A stretch of 64,000 nucleotides of DNA from Gammaproteobacteria bacterium (GTDB lineage Bacteria; Pseudomonadota; Gammaproteobacteria; Natronospirales; REEB76). The notes beneath the pieces are model-generated. The model searched no databases. It had not been told where the DNA came from and saw nothing but the letters and a program-made list of their open reading frames with translations. Below, one piece after another: positions 60,306 through 64,000 of the stretch; within the stretch, counting starts at the first letter, position 1, and each line of letters starts with the position of its first letter. The translations under genes and the position numbers were made by a program. Location of the stretch: the NCBI GenBank assembly GCA_049591455.1, contig JBAWFA010000012.1, positions 71,824-135,823 on the forward strand. The letters are read 5' to 3'.

Positions 60306-62573
60306 ATGCCTAAACGTTCCCAGAACAAACCCAATCACAAGAAGATGCCGCCTGCCGATCCGTTTGCGGAACGCGAGGCGCAGAAATATGAGCGCCCCAT
60401 CGCCAGCCGCGAGGCGATCCTGCACTGGCTGGAGCAGACCGGCAAACCGCTGCGCTTCGAACAACTGGCCCATGATCTGCATCTGCGACATACCGACGAA
60501 ATTGAAGCCCTGAGCCGGCGGTTGGCTGCCATGCTGCGCGACGGCCAACTGGTGCAGAACCGCCGCGACGAATACTGCCTGGTGAAGCTCCTGCCGCTGG
60601 TAGCGGGCACGGTAATCGGCCATCGTGACGGTTTCGGTTTCCTGAAACCCGATGAAGGCGGCGATGACGTGTTTCTGTCACCGCGGCAGATGCGCACGCT
60701 CATGCACGGCGACCGGGCGCTGGTGCGTGTGCAAGGCAAGGATGCACGCGGCCGCATGGAAGGTTCGCTGGTGGATGTGCTGGAGCGTAACACGCACGAA
60801 GTGGCGGGCCGCTACGTGGAAGAGCACGGCGTGAGTTTTGTGCAGCCGGATAATTCGCGCATCGCGCACACGGTGCTGGTGCCGGTTTCGGAACGCAACG
60901 GTGCGCGCCCCGGCCAGATGGTGGTGGTGGAACTGACGCAGCAGCCGGACAAGCAGAGCGAACCCATCGGGCGGGTGACACGCATCCTGGGCGAACGGCA
61001 TGCACCGGGCATGGAAGTGGAATTGGCGGTGCACGCCCATGGTCTGCCGCACGAATGGCCGGCGGACGTGGAAGCGGAAATCCGTACTTTAGGCGAGCAG
61101 GTGCCGGAAAACGCCAAGCACGGGCGTCTGGATTTGCGCGGCACGCCGCTGGTGACCATTGACGGCGAGGACGCGCGCGATTTCGACGATGCGGTGTATT
61201 GCGAGCGCAAGGGCGCTGGTTTCCGGCTGGTGGTGGCCATCGCCGATGTTTCCCATTACGTGCAGCCCGGCAGTGCGCTCGATCACGAAGCGCGCAACCG
61301 CGGCACCTCGGTGTATTTTCCGGATCGCGTCATTCCGATGTTGCCGGAAGTGCTGTCCAACGGCTTGTGTTCCATCAATCCCGAAGTTGATCGGCTGTGC
61401 ATGGTCTGCGACATGCAGGTGAGCGCGGAAGGGCACATCGGCCGCGCGCACTTTTACGAGGGTCTGATGCGCTCGGCGGCACGGTTCACCTATACAAAGG
61501 TGGCCAGCATTCTGGTTGATAAAGACAAGGCATTGCGCAGGCAATACGCCTCATTGGTGCCGCATCTGGAAAACCTGTATGGCGTCTATCGTGCACTTGC
61601 CAAAGCGCGCGCAAAACGCGGCGCCATTGATTTCGACAGCACCGAAACCCGCGTCATCTTCGGCGAGGACCGCAAGATCGCCAGCATCCAGCCGCTGGTG
61701 CGCAACGATGCGCACCGCTTGATAGAAGAATGCATGATCGCCGCGAACGTGGAAGCGGCGCATTTCCTGGAAAGGCACCAAATACCTACGCTGTACCGCG
61801 TGCATGCCAGTCCGGATGCGGACGGCCTTACGGAGTTGCGCACCTTTCTCGGTACCCTCGGGCTGTCGCTGGGCGGCGGCATGAAGCCGGAAGCCGCGCA
61901 TTATGCCAAGCTGCTGGACAAGATAAAGGCTCGGCCCGACAAGGCGCTGATTCAAACAGTGTTGCTGCGCTCCCTGTCGCAGGCAGTATACGGCCCCGGT
62001 AACGTGGGTCATTTCGGTCTGGCGCTGAGTCATTACGCCCATTTCACTTCGCCCATCCGCCGTTACCCGGATCTTCTGGTGCATCGCGGCATTCGCCATG
62101 TCTTGCGCGGCGGCACTGCAAAAAACTTCCAGTATTCCCTCACCCAGATGGAAAATCTGGGCAGTCATTGTTCCATGGCAGAGCGGCGTGCCGACGAAGC
62201 CACGCGCGACGCCATGGACTGGCTCAAAGCTGAATATATGCAGGACAAGGTAGGCGAGGAGTTCGATGGCCTTATCACTGGGGTACTACCCTTCGGCCTG
62301 TTCGTGCAGTTGAAGGGCTTGTATGTGGAGGGTTTGATCCACGTGACTGCATTGCCCAGTGATTATTATTCCCACGATCCGGTGGGCCATCGCATGGTGG
62401 GCGAACGATCCGGACGCATATTCAGGCTGACGGATCCCATCCGTGTGCGCGTGAGCAAGGTCAATCTCGAAGAGCACAAGATTGATTTCGAGCCGGTGTT
62501 GTCGGCGCGGGAAGTACGCAGTTCGCGGCCGGTTGGACATCCCACCAGGAAACCTCGCCACAAGAAACGCTGA
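60306..62573 (+). CDS. rnr: Ribonuclease R
   Basis: Cold-shock-like N-domains, RNB core (TIDGEDARDFDDAV, YFPDRVIPMLPE), a C-terminal S1 domain and a basic tail. Confidence 0.95.
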   Translation: MPKRSQNKPNHKKMPPADPFAEREAQKYERPIASREAILHWLEQTGKPLRFEQLAHDLHLRHTDEIEALSRRLAAMLRDGQLVQNRRDEYCLVKLLPLVAGTVIGHRDGFGFLKPDEGGDDVFLSPRQMRTLMHGDRALVRVQGKDARGRMEGSLVDVLERNTHEVAGRYVEEHGVSFVQPDNSRIAHTVLVPVSERNGARPGQMVVVELTQQPDKQSEPIGRVTRILGERHAPGMEVELAVHAHGLPHEWPADVEAEIRTLGEQVPENAKHGRLDLRGTPLVTIDGEDARDFDDAVYCERKGAGFRLVVAIADVSHYVQPGSALDHEARNRGTSVYFPDRVIPMLPEVLSNGLCSINPEVDRLCMVCDMQVSAEGHIGRAHFYEGLMRSAARFTYTKVASILVDKDKALRRQYASLVPHLENLYGVYRALAKARAKRGAIDFDSTETRVIFGEDRKIASIQPLVRNDAHRLIEECMIAANVEAAHFLERHQIPTLYRVHASPDADGLTELRTFLGTLGLSLGGGMKPEAAHYAKLLDKIKARPDKALIQTVLLRSLSQAVYGPGNVGHFGLALSHYAHFTSPIRRYPDLLVHRGIRHVLRGGTAKNFQYSLTQMENLGSHCSMAERRADEATRDAMDWLKAEYMQDKVGEEFDGLITGVLPFGLFVQLKGLYVEGLIHVTALPSDYYSHDPVGHRMVGERSGRIFRLTDPIRVRVSKVNLEEHKIDFEPVLSAREVRSSRPVGHPTRKPRHKKR

Positions 62574-62575
62574 AC

Positions 62576-63328
62576 ATGCCCGGCGAAAACCTCGTTTACG
62601 GTTTGCATGCGGTCATGGCGCTGTTCGAGCGGCAGCGGTCGGTGCGGCAACTGTGGGTGCAGGACAGCCGCAGCGATTCGCGGCTGGAATCCTTGCTGGC
62701 CCAGGCGGCGCAACAAGGAGTTTCCGTGCAGCGCGTGCCGCGGGAAAAACTCGATCAACTCACCGGCAATGGCCGGCATCAGGGCGTCGTGGCAGAAGCG
62801 GGCGCGGCACAGGCGGGCGATGACGACGACCTCAAAGCCTTCGTGAAGGCGCTCGAAGCCCCGGCATTTCTGTTAGTGCTGGACGGCGTTCAGGATCCGC
62901 ATAATCTCGGCGCCTGTCTGCGCAGCGCCAATGCCGCGGGCGTGCATGCGGTCATCGCGCCCCGGGACCGCGCTGCGGAGCTGACGCCGGTGGTGCGCAA
63001 AGCCGCGGCGGGTGCCGCGGAGATGACGCCGTTCTTCCAGGTTACGAATCTTGCGCGCACTCTGCGCTGGCTCAAAGAACAGAACATCTGGCTGGTGGGC
63101 CTTGCGGGTGAGGCGGACGACGAACTTTACAGCCTCGATCTGAAAGGACCATTGGCAATCTTGCTCGGCGCGGAAGGTTCCGGCCTGCGGCGTCTGAGCA
63201 AAAGTGAATGTGACTTTCTCGCTCGCATTCCCATGTCGGGCGGCGTCGAGAGCCTCAATGTCTCGGTCGCCGCCGGCGTGGTGCTGTTTGAAGCGCTGCG
63301 GCAACGGCGCGCAAGACAGTCAAACTGA
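62576..63328 (+). CDS. rlmB: 23S rRNA (guanosine-2'-O)-methyltransferase RlmB (SpoU/TrmH)
   Basis: SpoU motifs LVLDGVQDPHNLGACLRSA, LLGAEGSGLR, IPMSGGVESLNVSVA. It lies directly after rnr. Confidence 0.9.
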   Translation: MPGENLVYGLHAVMALFERQRSVRQLWVQDSRSDSRLESLLAQAAQQGVSVQRVPREKLDQLTGNGRHQGVVAEAGAAQAGDDDDLKAFVKALEAPAFLLVLDGVQDPHNLGACLRSANAAGVHAVIAPRDRAAELTPVVRKAAAGAAEMTPFFQVTNLARTLRWLKEQNIWLVGLAGEADDELYSLDLKGPLAILLGAEGSGLRRLSKSECDFLARIPMSGGVESLNVSVAAGVVLFEALRQRRARQSN

Positions 63329-63370
63329 TATTCTGCACGAACGAATCTTTTCAGCGCCCTTGGAGTGCAA

Positions 63371-64000
63371 TCAAGATAACCGCCGGCGCCGCAGTCTCCA
63401 ACCAATTCCCAGCAAACCCAAACTCAAGAATCCCAGCGCGCCGCCGCTTTTGCCACCGCCGGAAGAACTTGAGCTGCCACCACCGCTGCTACTACTTGTT
63501 GTGAGCGTCGTACTGGTATTGGTCACGCCCAGCAATGGCTGATCGGCGCTGGCGCTCACGATGTCGGTGAGCGTACCGGCGGTGGAGGGGGTCTTGACCG
63601 TGATGGACGGCGCCCAGGGGTTTTGACTGTTGTTGCCGGGCGCGAGACTCGCGAGCGTACAGGTCACGGTGCTGCCGCTGTTGCTGCAACTGCCGTTGGC
63701 GGTGTCGCTCGATACATAGCTGGTGCCGGCCGGCAGCGTGTCGGTGAGTACCACGTTGGTGAGCGTGGTGGCCGGGAAACTGCCATTGGCTGTATCGGCA
63801 TTGGTGAAGGTCAGATTGAAGGTTGCATCCGAACCCGGCGTTACCGGGTTGGCAGCCGGGATCACCAGCATATTGATGCTGGCGGGCGAGCTGTACACAT
63901 AGCCGTCGCCGGCAGTGGAATTCGCGTTCGCCGCCCCACCGAGTACCGTCTGGCCGTTTGACGCCACCGCCAGGGACCAGCCCAGGCCTGCGCCGCCTTG
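63371..64000 (-). CDS. Surface protein with DUF11-type repeats and a GlyGly-CTERM/PEP-CTERM-class sorting tail; 5' end outside window
   Basis: The frame is open to the window edge. Carries VVLTDTLPAGTSYVSS...TVTC (DUF11-like). The C-terminus is a Ser/Gly-rich linker, then GGALGFLSLGLLGIGW, then RLRRRR. Confidence 0.65.
   Translation of the reverse strand, partial: QGGAGLGWSLAVASNGQTVLGGAANANSTAGDGYVYSSPASINMLVIPAANPVTPGSDATFNLTFTNADTANGSFPATTLTNVVLTDTLPAGTSYVSSDTANGSCSNSGSTVTCTLASLAPGNNSQNPWAPSITVKTPSTAGTLTDIVSASADQPLLGVTNTSTTLTTSSSSGGGSSSSSGGGKSGGALGFLSLGLLGIGWRLRRRRLS

Overview
High-GC chromosomal segment with gammaproteobacterial-type gene order: about 60 protein genes, two intact tRNAs (Glu-CTC, Leu-CAG), and no rRNA, CRISPR array, transposase or integrase that I can recognise. 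Most of it is conserved housekeeping sequence in three blocks whose order matches E. coli from memory. Block 1 is ilvC-like, pssA, UDG, rimI, prfC. Block 2 is valS-holC-[insert]-pepA, divergent from lptF-lptG. Block 3 is pcnB-folK-(dNK)-panBCD, then queG-[P5C dehydrogenase], divergent from nnr-tsaE-amiB-mutL-miaA-hfq-hflXKC-DUF2065-purA-[insert]-tRNA-Leu-rnr-rlmB. ORF-track starts are often too long (GTG/TTG extensions), so I re-set many of them using SD sequences, signal peptides and stop/start overlaps. Three accessory tracts interrupt the conserved blocks. (1) About 6.1-14.3 kb holds secreted-protein genes. Its 7.8-14.3 kb part is cut into three cargo segments by four copies of a tRNA-Met(CAU) 3' half with shared flanking ends; there is no intact tRNA-Met and no recombinase. 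This is the most unusual structure in the window. (2) 25.0-28.3 kb, between holC and pepA, holds a HAF-repeat protein, a membrane protein and a secreted protein. (3) 53.7-60.0 kb, between purA and tRNA-Leu, has mixed base composition. It holds a PDZ lipoprotein, a minimal CHAT/caspase-like protein, a glycosidase-like lipoprotein and a TauD-type dioxygenase with an APC permease. It ends in a 113-bp structured mini-insert flanked by 16-nt repeats of the tRNA-Leu 3' end. I did not find a recognisable defence, secretion or toxin system. All family assignments are motif recognition from memory, not database searches.
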